A DNA stretch of 64,000 bases from positions 1 to 64,000 of the forward strand of contig JBBDMM010000002.1 of the NCBI GenBank assembly GCA_040878325.1. The letters are read 5' to 3'. Below are positions 38,204 through 46,700 of this stretch, piece after piece (position 1 is the stretch's first letter; each line of letters opens with the position of its first letter). A model generated the notes under the pieces. It did not search any database. It had not been told where the DNA came from and was given only the letters and a program-made list of their open reading frames with translations. A program made the translations under genes and the position numbers. This DNA comes from Acidimicrobiia bacterium (GTDB taxonomy: Bacteria; Actinomycetota; Acidimicrobiia; Spongiisociales; UBA11373).

Positions 38204-40507
38204 TCAGACGCCGGGCAACGCGAGCGAGAAGACACTCCACTCGCCGGCCCGCGCGTAGGTGAGTTCGCCCTCCATCAGCCGGGCAAGATGCCGCGACACA
38301 GTGAGGCCGAGGCCCACAGAGTCGGTGCGCCCTTCCACCTGGTGAGCCCGCTGGTAGGGCTCGAAGATGTGGTCGCGGTGCGACTCGGGCACTCCGGGAC
38401 CATCGTCGCACACATCGAGCAGCCACATGTCGTTGACGTTCCGCGCCCGCACCACGATCCGGTCACCCCCGTATCGGTCGGCGTTGGTCAGCAGATTCCT
38501 CACGACCTGACGGACGCGAATCGGGTCGGCCAACACCTTGACCTCTCCAGTGCGTTGGAGGTCGACCAGCTTGCCAATGCGCCGCCCCCGCAGGACGGAG
38601 TCCACCTGGTCCCACAATTCGAACGCCACCCGGTCCACCGGCACCTGGCCGTGGTCAGCACGCGACGCCACCAGCAGGTCCTCGACCAGGTCGCCCACCT
38701 CGGTGGCCTGCTCATCGATGAGGTCGACGAAGGCTTCGATCTCATCCCGTTCCATTGAGGGAGCACGGCCCCTGAGCTCGTTGGCGAACCCGACGACCGC
38801 AGTGAGGGGTGTCCGCAGTTCGTGGCTCACGATCGCCACGAACTGGTCCTTGGACCTGACCAACTCCCGCAGTTGCTCGGTGGCTCGCACTCGATCGGTG
38901 ACGTCGTAAGACACCCCGATCACCCCAACGACACTGCCGCCCTCGCGGGTCGGGCTGTAGCGGGTCTCGAGCACCATGGACCCGATCTCATCGGTCGCGG
39001 TGAAGGTCTCGCCGGCGAGAGCGCGCCGCATATTGCGGATCACCGACGCCGAGTCGCGCCGCATCTCGAAGATGGATCGGCCCACCGCCTCACCGGCCGC
39101 CTCGCCGAGCGCCTCGAGTGCGTGACCCTCAGAGTGGGTGAACACCCCGTTGGCGTCGACGGCGAACAGCAGAATCGGCGCGCCCGCCATCACCGTGCGG
39201 AGCCGCTGTTCGATACGCCGCAGCGCATGCTCGGCCCTCTGCTGCTCGGTGGCGTCCACAAAGGCCGCCAGGACCCCCCTGTAATCGGGACGAACGCCAA
39301 TCACCGGAACCAGCGACCGCATCGTGCCGACATGCTCCAGGCCGGCGAGGTCGGAGACAGCCGCGCTCCATTCGGATTGTCGCTCCCCCCGCCGGATTCC
39401 TTCGACCAGCCCGGTGAACGCCGAGCGTCCCCCGGCGGCGGCATCGAGTGAAGGCATCGGCCAGCCGTCGGGAGAGTCGCGCAGCCCGATCAACCGTTTC
39501 CCCGCCTCGTTGACGCTGCGAACCGCCACTTCGCCGAGCAACTGATCGACCGCACCGGCGTCGTGTGCCACACCGTGGGTCGTCAACACATCGACCACTG
39601 CGCTCAGGTCGAGTTCCCACATGGGCACGGGCGATAGGTCGAACAAGCTGCGGTAGTGATCCTCGCTCTGGCGGAGCAGCGCCTCGCCGCGAACGCGCGC
39701 CGAGATGTCGGCGACGTTCACGAACACGAATCCCGGCTGATCGCCCTCGTCGATCATCGACATCCCGACTACACCGTGGGCGGCGCCCTCACCGGCTCCG
39801 AACCGGCACTCCTGCTGGATGCTCACCGTCAGCCCGGCGACCAGGGTGTCGAACAGCGCGGCCTGCTCGGCTCGGTCCTCCTGGTGGACGGTCGCCAGCC
39901 ACGGGTAGCCGACCAGACCCGACTCTTCGGTGCCCGTCAGCTGGCACATGGCGTGGTTGACGCGACGAATGACCCCCTGGAGGTCCACCACCGCCATCGC
40001 CACCTGGGTCGTGTTGAACGCGGCGTGCAGGGTGCCCTCGGCCCGGATCAGCCGGTCGACGACATTGTCCCGCTCGGCGCGGAGTTTGAGGACCGGATGG
40101 GCGACGATATACGAAGCGAGGCCTACGGCGAGAAACACCAGTGAGTTGACCGCGGCGTCTTCGAGCGGAACCCGGGCGAGCCCCAGGTGGGCCACCGCGG
40201 TGTACGAAACCGCCACGATGATGGGAGCGAACCTCGAGTGGCGCCGTGCCAGTGAGAAGGGCATCACCGCGGAGAACACTCCGAGCCAGATGACAAAGCT
40301 GAGCGATGAGGCTCCCGAGAACTGTTCGGAGACGAGAACCAGAGTGCCGGCCGCAAGGGCGGTTCGGATGAGGGCGATCTCCGGATCGCGCTGTACCAGG
40401 CCTACCGCGGCGAGAGCGCCGAGAACCAGGAGGATCCCGGCCAGGGACCACTCCCAGACACCGGTATCCCGAGCGGCCCAGACCCATGCGGCATTCGCCA
40501 CGAACAA
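38204..40507 (-). CDS. Membrane PAS-domain sensor histidine kinase
   Basis: TM region, about 3 PAS, SHELRTPL, NLLTNA, DDGPG, GLGL; start uncertain. Confidence 0.92.
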   Translation of the reverse strand: MFVANAAWVWAARDTGVWEWSLAGILLVLGALAAVGLVQRDPEIALIRTALAAGTLVLVSEQFSGASSLSFVIWLGVFSAVMPFSLARRHSRFAPIIVAVSYTAVAHLGLARVPLEDAAVNSLVFLAVGLASYIVAHPVLKLRAERDNVVDRLIRAEGTLHAAFNTTQVAMAVVDLQGVIRRVNHAMCQLTGTEESGLVGYPWLATVHQEDRAEQAALFDTLVAGLTVSIQQECRFGAGEGAAHGVVGMSMIDEGDQPGFVFVNVADISARVRGEALLRQSEDHYRSLFDLSPVPMWELDLSAVVDVLTTHGVAHDAGAVDQLLGEVAVRSVNEAGKRLIGLRDSPDGWPMPSLDAAAGGRSAFTGLVEGIRRGERQSEWSAAVSDLAGLEHVGTMRSLVPVIGVRPDYRGVLAAFVDATEQQRAEHALRRIEQRLRTVMAGAPILLFAVDANGVFTHSEGHALEALGEAAGEAVGRSIFEMRRDSASVIRNMRRALAGETFTATDEIGSMVLETRYSPTREGGSVVGVIGVSYDVTDRVRATEQLRELVRSKDQFVAIVSHELRTPLTAVVGFANELRGRAPSMERDEIEAFVDLIDEQATEVGDLVEDLLVASRADHGQVPVDRVAFELWDQVDSVLRGRRIGKLVDLQRTGEVKVLADPIRVRQVVRNLLTNADRYGGDRIVVRARNVNDMWLLDVCDDGPGVPESHRDHIFEPYQRAHQVEGRTDSVGLGLTVSRHLARLMEGELTYARAGEWSVFSLALPGV

Positions 40508-40648
40508 GGCGACCGCGATCGGCTCGGCCCGGCTCAGCGCCGAGCCTGCCGTCCTCTTAGAGGCGCTGACGACCGTGGCTAACTCCCGATTGCTTCAGGC
40601 TTATCGGCGTGCAACCAGGGCGACTGAACGACGGATTGGCCCGACGCG

Positions 40649-41413
40649 CTACTTCGGGCCCATACGGGCACCGGCGTCGAGCCGGATCACCTCTCCGTTC
40701 AAGAGGGGGTTCTCGACGATGTGCGCCACCAGGGCGGCGAATTCATCGGGGTTACCCAGGCGCTTGGGGAACACGTGGATCTGGGCAAGCTGCTCTTTGA
40801 GATCGGGACTGGCCGCATCGAGCAGCGGGGTGTCCATGATCCCCGGAGCGATGGTCATCACCCGGATCCCCTGCGACGCCAGGTCCCGGGCAAGCGGGAG
40901 GGTCATCGCGGCGATGCCGCCCTTCGAGGCGGAGTAGGCCGCCTGACCGATCTGCCCCTCGAAGGCGGCGATCGAAGCGACATTGACGATCACGCCTCGC
41001 TCGCCATCCTGATTCGGCTGGTTGGCGGCCATCACCTTGGCGGCGCGACGAGCCACGTCGAACGAGCCGATCAGGTTCACCCGGATCACGAACTCGAAGA
41101 GCTCGAGCGGGAAAAGGTCGCCGTCGCGCGTGATCACCCGATGAGCGGGCGCCACCCCCGCCGCATTGACACACAGGTCGAGACCACCCAACGCCTCGCC
41201 GGCGTGGGCCACCGCAGCCTCGACATCCGCCGGCGAAGTGACATCGGCGGCGACGAACACTCCGCCGAGTTCAGCGGCGACCGATGCGCCACTGGAAGAC
41301 TCGAGATCGAGCACACTCACCGAGGCACCGCGAGCTGCCAGCCACCGGGCGGTGGCCCCGCCGAGCCCGGAGGCCCCGCCGGTGATAAGGGCTCGCAATC
41401 CATCGAGTTTCAT
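40649..41413 (-). CDS. SDR family, 3-hydroxyacyl-CoA dehydrogenase type II-like
   Basis: TGGASGLG, GQIGQAAYSASKGG, RLDAG.RM. Confidence 0.9.
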   Translation of the reverse strand: MKLDGLRALITGGASGLGGATARWLAARGASVSVLDLESSSGASVAAELGGVFVAADVTSPADVEAAVAHAGEALGGLDLCVNAAGVAPAHRVITRDGDLFPLELFEFVIRVNLIGSFDVARRAAKVMAANQPNQDGERGVIVNVASIAAFEGQIGQAAYSASKGGIAAMTLPLARDLASQGIRVMTIAPGIMDTPLLDAASPDLKEQLAQIHVFPKRLGNPDEFAALVAHIVENPLLNGEVIRLDAGARMGPK

Positions 41414-41431
41414 ATGGAATCCTCCCGTATC

Positions 41432-41543
41432 CGGCTCCAGGCTCCAGCTCCAGCCCCGGCCAGACACGATACCCGGCGGTCCGACGCGTCTGGCTGGGGC
41501 GGTGGCAGGGGCCGGGGCTGCCGAGCGCAGCGAGGCTTCCTAC
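41432..41543. repeat. REP-like hairpin (41520-41536, -) with inverted hexamer arrays
   Basis: GTAG-GAA-GCCTCGCTGCGCTCGGC; (GCTCCA)n on the other side. Confidence 0.65.
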
Positions 41544-42490
41544 ACGTGCCCTGGCGGCCGAGGAATGTCCGCGAACGCCCGGCCCCGGTCTTCGAGGATG
41601 CCCTCGGCGATCTGTTCCAGCGAATCCATCAGCCACAGGTAGGCGGCCCGGCCTTCGCGGAAGTCAGCTTCCGCCATGCCCTGGATTCGTCCCTGCTCCT
41701 GCAGTTCGCGTACTCCACGGAAGTTGTTCCTGGGCTCCGTGGTGTAGACACCGAGCGTCTTTCCGCCACGCTCGTTCACGATCGAGAAGGAAGGCACATC
41801 GCTAGGACCGTCGGCGATGTAGATCATGTTGCGAATCGGGACCCGACGCTGCTCCTGACCCATGCGGTTGTTCACATCGATCGTGGGGTTCTTGTTCACG
41901 CCCTTGTTGATCTCGAAGAGGGCCCGGGTCTTCGAGGTGTTGTCGATCATGTACGAGACGTGGCTGATCGCCGCCTTGGCCGCATCGACGTCGAGTCTCT
42001 CGCGGTAGCCGGGTGGCGCCTGGCGTTCGATGAAGCTGTTGGCCCAGATCCCATCGAGGTGAGAAGCGAGCGGGCTTCCCTCGATCATCGGACGGATACC
42101 GGTCGACACGACGTAATGCTCGACCGTGATGCCGTCGGCCATGTATCGCGGATCGGTGGCGATTCGCTCCCTGGTCGCAGTGAGGAAGTCGGGCATGCCC
42201 GGAGCGGGGGTGAGATGGCTACCGAGCTCTTTCAGCTTGGCGTTGGTGAGGCCGGAAAACACCCCCGACTCGACATAGGACAGGATGTGGAGCAAATAGG
42301 CAATGTCGCGGGCGACGATTTCGCCTCGCTTCGCATGGAACTCGACCAGCCCGTCGACTTCCGCCCAGAAAGTCGGCTCATCGACGCCGTACTCATCGAA
42401 CAGCACTTCCTGCTGATTGCCCGGGATGAGCGTGCGATCGAAGTCCCACAGGAAGGCGATGACCGTTTGGGTGAACAGGGGTACCGGCAT
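41540..42490 (-). CDS. HAD-like hydrolase
   Basis: DFDRT motif I, VSTG, K, YIADGPSD. Confidence 0.85.
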   Translation of the reverse strand: MPVPLFTQTVIAFLWDFDRTLIPGNQQEVLFDEYGVDEPTFWAEVDGLVEFHAKRGEIVARDIAYLLHILSYVESGVFSGLTNAKLKELGSHLTPAPGMPDFLTATRERIATDPRYMADGITVEHYVVSTGIRPMIEGSPLASHLDGIWANSFIERQAPPGYRERLDVDAAKAAISHVSYMIDNTSKTRALFEINKGVNKNPTIDVNNRMGQEQRRVPIRNMIYIADGPSDVPSFSIVNERGGKTLGVYTTEPRNNFRGVRELQEQGRIQGMAEADFREGRAAYLWLMDSLEQIAEGILEDRGRAFADIPRPPGHV

Positions 42491-42498
42491 GGCACCCG

Positions 42499-42834
42499 TC
42501 AGGGTACTTCGGGGCCCCCGAACCTCACGCTCTCACCGTCGGGCCACCACGGCTGCAGGGTGAGCGGAGTACCGCGCAATTCGCGATGCGCCTCGCCCAT
42601 CCGCGCCGCAGGGACGATCACGGTGATCGCCCAATCGCAGGAAGTCACCCGGGAGGGGGCCGCCAGCGCCGCCAGCTCCTGTGAATCGCTGGGGAACCAT
42701 TCGACCAGGCCGCGCTCCGGAGCAAGGACCGCTACCCCGTCGAGGGCGGGTTCGCCGAGGAAGGCTGCCAACGGCGTCTCGATCACAGATCCCTCATAGT
42801 GGAGGTGAATCGAGGCGGCGGTGGTTGCAGCCAT
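42499..42834 (-). CDS. Hypothetical protein
   Basis: Co-oriented ORF just upstream of the HAD gene. Confidence 0.5.
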   Translation of the reverse strand: MAATTAASIHLHYEGSVIETPLAAFLGEPALDGVAVLAPERGLVEWFPSDSQELAALAAPSRVTSCDWAITVIVPAARMGEAHRELRGTPLTLQPWWPDGESVRFGGPEVP

Positions 42835-42911
42835 CTGGTGGGAGCGATCGGTTGCTGTGAGAACCACTGCCCATCCCCTCGTTCGTTGCTTACACCAGTG
42901 TAGTTCGATAA

Positions 42912-43039
42912 GAGAGCCAAGAGTCAAGAGTCAAGAGTCAAGAACCAAGAGTCAAGAGTCAAGAGTCAAGAACCACGAAGGTCACGCTTCACTCCTAGAT
43001 CCCCTCTTACTGGAGACTGGAGACTGGAGACTGGAGACT
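42912..43039. repeat. Heptamer arrays (AAGAGTC) about 9 copies and (CTGGAGA)x4
   Basis: Directly visible. Confidence 0.95.
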
Positions 43040-43042
43040 TCC

Positions 43043-43444
43043 CTAGATCCCAAAGACTCCGGTCTCCGTAACTTCCAGCTCCATTCCCGTCTTGAGTCGA
43101 TCGAACAGCGCCCGGTCGACAACGACGACCGGGCAGGTGATCCCGTAGAGCTCCTCGGCGACGATGGCGCCGACCAGCACGATGTCGTCGGGGATGGACA
43201 GGACGATCGCCGCCGGAGAGGTGCCGAGGCGGATCGCCTCGGCCAGAACGCTGGAGGACGACGATGATCCCCGGCCTCCGGGCATCACCAGCACCCGCCC
43301 GGTGACCACCTCGCTGAGCTGGGGATGGCGGGCGTCGATGATTGCTCCCGTACCCGGGTCGAGGCCTCCCCACATCGAAAGCGGCTCGTCGAGCACGAGC
43401 GCAAGGCCCGAGGCGACGCCAGGAAGCAGGCTGCGGGTGCTCAT
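43043..43444 (-). CDS. Aconitase X swivel subunit (DUF126)
   Basis: [28 protein letters not shown] overlap. Confidence 0.9.
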   Translation of the reverse strand: MSTRSLLPGVASGLALVLDEPLSMWGGLDPGTGAIIDARHPQLSEVVTGRVLVMPGGRGSSSSSSVLAEAIRLGTSPAAIVLSIPDDIVLVGAIVAEELYGITCPVVVVDRALFDRLKTGMELEVTETGVFGI

Positions 43445-44691
43445 GCCCACACCGACTCGTCGCGTTTGATCGTCCCGGCAGCCGCGGACGCCACGCACTC
43501 CTCGAGGCTGCCGAATGCCACTTCGACTCCGAGGTTTCCCGGCGCGTAGTAGGCCCATTTGCCCGAATTGGTCATGACCACACCGGTGGCGTCGCGAAGG
43601 ATCGGCGTGATGTAGGTACAAGTGTCGGTGACGATCTCCACGCCGGCATCCCGCAAGGGGGTCACCAGGCCAGCGGCCGCCGCTTGGGCGAGAACGTCAC
43701 GGCTGGTGTTCACGAAGAAGTCGACAACGAACCGTTCCCCGACGACGAGCGGGGCGAGCCGCTCGAACTCGGCGAGCGAGAAGTGCGGAGTGCCGACACT
43801 CACCGCGGCGAGCGGTCCTTCGGTGGCGGTCGACAGATCGTTTCGCGCCTCCCGCAGCATTGCCAGGTCGATGTCGACCTCGAGTTTCGGGGTTCCACCA
43901 CCGAGGGCGGCATCGAGCGTGGGAGCTTCGGGCGTGCGACCGACGGCATGGAACATCGCCACTCCGCCCGATGAGGCGGCGGCGGCTCCGAGAGCCTTCA
44001 ACCCGTCCTCGGGGGCGTCGGAGGGGAGGCCGACGATCGCGGGCAGCAGGCTCCCCGTCATTCGTCCCACCAGGTGGCCGAGGATCGGATAGAGCAATTC
44101 GCTGTCGCAGACGCGTTCGGGAAGCGCCGCGATGCGGAAGACCGCCTCCGCCCTGCGGTGCTCGTCGAGGTGGAGACCCGCTTCCGGCACCCGGCCGGTG
44201 ATGGCGGCGCAGATGTCGATGAAGTCGCCATACCGATCGGTGCGCGCCCCGAGCACCGAGTTGGCGAAGACGATCGCGTTCGACTCCGCCCAAGCGATGT
44301 GCTCGCCCTGCGCCGGACGGGTCGACTGATAGGGGGCGCAGGTGAAGGTCGGTCTGCCCCCCATCGATACATAGACCCGCATCAGGCGCCGACCGCGTTC
44401 GGCGAGCAACCCGTCCCCTCTGAACAATGCGGGGTGCAGCAGGTCCAGCGAGGAAACGTTGAGCGTGGTGGGAACCACTACCCGGCCGCCGCTCGCCGAG
44501 AGTCGTTCGGCGAAGTCGAGCCCTGCCTCGCCGTGATACAGGCACGAGTCGATGTGGGCACCGGTGACGTCGATCATCCGGGAGGCCCTCGCAGCCTCCG
44601 CCATCCTGACCAGGATCCGCATGGCGAGAGCGACCGCGTCGCCCCGCTCCCCGCCGAGCATGGCTTGGTCGGTATCCGTCAGCCTGAGCAT
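43441..44691 (-). CDS. Aconitase X catalytic subunit (DUF521)
   Basis: AHID, TCAPY, WAESNA..FANSVLGART, GTPH, DTC, TNSGK. Confidence 0.92.
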   Translation of the reverse strand: MLRLTDTDQAMLGGERGDAVALAMRILVRMAEAARASRMIDVTGAHIDSCLYHGEAGLDFAERLSASGGRVVVPTTLNVSSLDLLHPALFRGDGLLAERGRRLMRVYVSMGGRPTFTCAPYQSTRPAQGEHIAWAESNAIVFANSVLGARTDRYGDFIDICAAITGRVPEAGLHLDEHRRAEAVFRIAALPERVCDSELLYPILGHLVGRMTGSLLPAIVGLPSDAPEDGLKALGAAAASSGGVAMFHAVGRTPEAPTLDAALGGGTPKLEVDIDLAMLREARNDLSTATEGPLAAVSVGTPHFSLAEFERLAPLVVGERFVVDFFVNTSRDVLAQAAAAGLVTPLRDAGVEIVTDTCTYITPILRDATGVVMTNSGKWAYYAPGNLGVEVAFGSLEECVASAAAGTIKRDESVWA

Positions 44692-44774
44692 GTGGTCAGA
44701 TCAAGCATGTCGGGAGTATGGCCCAGCAGTGACCTGCCACCTGCCACCTAACTGACTCACTACCGTCCACGAAT

Positions 44775-45251
44775 GTGAGTGACTACGAGATCCAGCGGAT
44801 CGAGGCCGCCGAGGCGCGGCCGCTGCGGCGGGCGCTGCTCCATCCCACCCAGCCGCCCGGCGCGGTCGACTACGAGGCCGACCATCAGCCGGTGGCACTC
44901 CATGTCGGCGCCTTCAAGGATGGGGTGCTGGTCGGAATCGCATCGGTACATCCCCAGCCGATGCCGGGATCTCACAGCACCGGGGCGGCATGGCGTGTCC
45001 GTGACATTGCCGTCGAACACGGCCACCGGGGCCGTGGAGTGGGGGCGTGGATGCTCGAGCGGTGCCTGGAGCACGTGTCCACCAACTCAGGGGTGATCAT
45101 CTGGTGCACTGCCCGAGTTGGGGCCTACGGCTTCTTCGAGCGCATGGGCTTCGCCCGATCCGGCCCTCCGATCGAGGACCCGGCCGAGGGCCCGCAATAC
45201 ACCCTCTATGCCGAGGTTCCGCCGCTCGAGCGGTCCTGGAAGATCGGCTGA
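44775..45251 (+). CDS. GNAT family N-acetyltransferase
   Basis: HRGRGVG, WCTAR, FFERMGF. Confidence 0.88.
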   Translation: MSDYEIQRIEAAEARPLRRALLHPTQPPGAVDYEADHQPVALHVGAFKDGVLVGIASVHPQPMPGSHSTGAAWRVRDIAVEHGHRGRGVGAWMLERCLEHVSTNSGVIIWCTARVGAYGFFERMGFARSGPPIEDPAEGPQYTLYAEVPPLERSWKIG

Positions 45252-45296
45252 CGCCGGGCGCCGCGACGTCTCGGATTGATTCGACCAGTCGGGTTG

Positions 45297-45482
45297 TCAG
45301 CTCTTGGTGGGCTGCGGAATGCGGGCGGGCCGGGGTACCGGCTGGAAATGGGTCCAGCAGAGTTCGTTCTTGTTGTACGACGAGATCCGCGTGGTGCAGC
45401 CCTGGTGGATGCACACCCGCTGTCCCCCGTACGTCTTGCGGGGTCGGCCCCCAGTCAACTTCGAGATCGAGTGTTGGCTCAC
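45297..45482 (-). CDS. Small basic Cys/His protein (C-x4-C...C-x2-H)
   Basis: RVCIHQGCTTRISSYNKNELCWTH. Confidence 0.65.
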   Translation of the reverse strand: MSQHSISKLTGGRPRKTYGGQRVCIHQGCTTRISSYNKNELCWTHFQPVPRPARIPQPTKS

Positions 45483-45684
45483 GCCCTAACGATGCCATGA
45501 ACCAGCAAGTTGTTCAAAGTGGCCGGAGGCGCAATGAGCAAAGGGGTGAACGGGTCCGAAGGGGTCTGGGGACTCTTGCGGAAGGCGGAGGGCGGAAGGC
45601 CGCCCGGACGACATGGGCCGGCCGGCAGCAGAAAGCCCTCTCTTATGGCACAATTCCGCCACGGAGAAAGGAGGTGGTCCACAC

Positions 45685-45729
45685 GTGATTGACAGTATTC
45701 GCAGGACTCCGGAGGTGGTCGGGCGCTGA
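45685..45729 (+). CDS. Putative 14-aa peptide MIDSIRRTPEVVGR within a structured RNA
   Basis: Preceded by AGAAAGGAGGTGGTCCA and TGGCACAAT extended -10-like box; followed by hairpins. Confidence 0.5.
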   Translation: MIDSIRRTPEVVGR

Positions 45730-45821
45730 GCGGCCACGGGGTGGCCGCTCCCGGGTGCTGAACCCGGACGTGGCGACTCCAACCTGGACCACCGGAATCG
45801 GGAGGCCCGTGAGCTGGTCCC

Positions 45822-46661
45822 TCACGGCGGCGATGACGCCGAAGTGCCTCCCGGTTCTTCATTTTCAGGGGCGTGGCGGATTCTCGCCCCCAGGTACAGG
45901 GGCACCCCCTGCCACAGCACCATCAGCGCGCCGGCGACCACCAACACCCACCCGGCGATCGGTCGCCAGCGGTCGAAATCACTCTCGGCCCTTCCCACCG
46001 TGCCGCGGGCCTCGTCCACCCCCACCCGGTATTCCTCGAAGAGGACCGCCGCCTCGGCGAACTCCGCCTGCATCTGACCGAGGCTCGCCTCGATCTGGTC
46101 GAGGCTTTCCCGTACCGCAACCAGGTTCGTGCGCCCCTCATCGAGGAGCCGTCCCTGCTCACGCAGGCTCTCGGGAACCTCCGCCAGTGAGAGGTCCATC
46201 TGCCGGAACGCCTCACCCAGCGTCATCTCGGAGTCGAAGCCGATCCCGAATATCGCCAGTGCCTCGATGGTGCGGTCGAGCACGTCGGCGACCTCGATCA
46301 GACCCGGAAACGACCCCTGTAGCGCGTCGAAGCTGTCCGCAAGGTCTACGCCGATGACTCCGGACATGTCGGTGAGCGCCGTCTCGAAGTCGATCAGGCC
46401 GTTGCGGAAGTCGTCCATCCCCTCATCGACGGAAGCAAGGCCTTCGTCGGCGGCGGAAAGAATCGACTGGGCCGTATCGATGCCTTCGGCGGTGGACTCG
46501 AGGACGTCGGCGACGATGGCGGTGCCGTCACCAACATCGTCGGTCAGGCCCAGCACCACGAAGCCGAGCACGACCACCGCGACCCCGACAACGATGCCGG
46601 CGATGCCGAGCGCGGTGAACCCCCACCCGAGATAGCGGCCCCCCCATTCGTTGTCAGGCAT
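45822..46661 (-). CDS. Membrane-anchored coiled-coil protein
   Basis: TM at both ends, acidic heptad-like middle. Confidence 0.75.
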   Translation of the reverse strand: MPDNEWGGRYLGWGFTALGIAGIVVGVAVVVLGFVVLGLTDDVGDGTAIVADVLESTAEGIDTAQSILSAADEGLASVDEGMDDFRNGLIDFETALTDMSGVIGVDLADSFDALQGSFPGLIEVADVLDRTIEALAIFGIGFDSEMTLGEAFRQMDLSLAEVPESLREQGRLLDEGRTNLVAVRESLDQIEASLGQMQAEFAEAAVLFEEYRVGVDEARGTVGRAESDFDRWRPIAGWVLVVAGALMVLWQGVPLYLGARIRHAPENEEPGGTSASSPP

Positions 46662-46700
46662 GCCTAATCGTAAGCCGCCGAGCCGCGCTCCGGGGCTCGG

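Noticed and set aside
40721..42799. 692-aa plus-strand ORF
   Set aside because: Antisense to SDR and HAD genes; no recognisable motifs
45665..45681. 16S rRNA gene fragment
   Set aside because: Similarity is limited to the 17-nt tail; flanks are not rRNA-like
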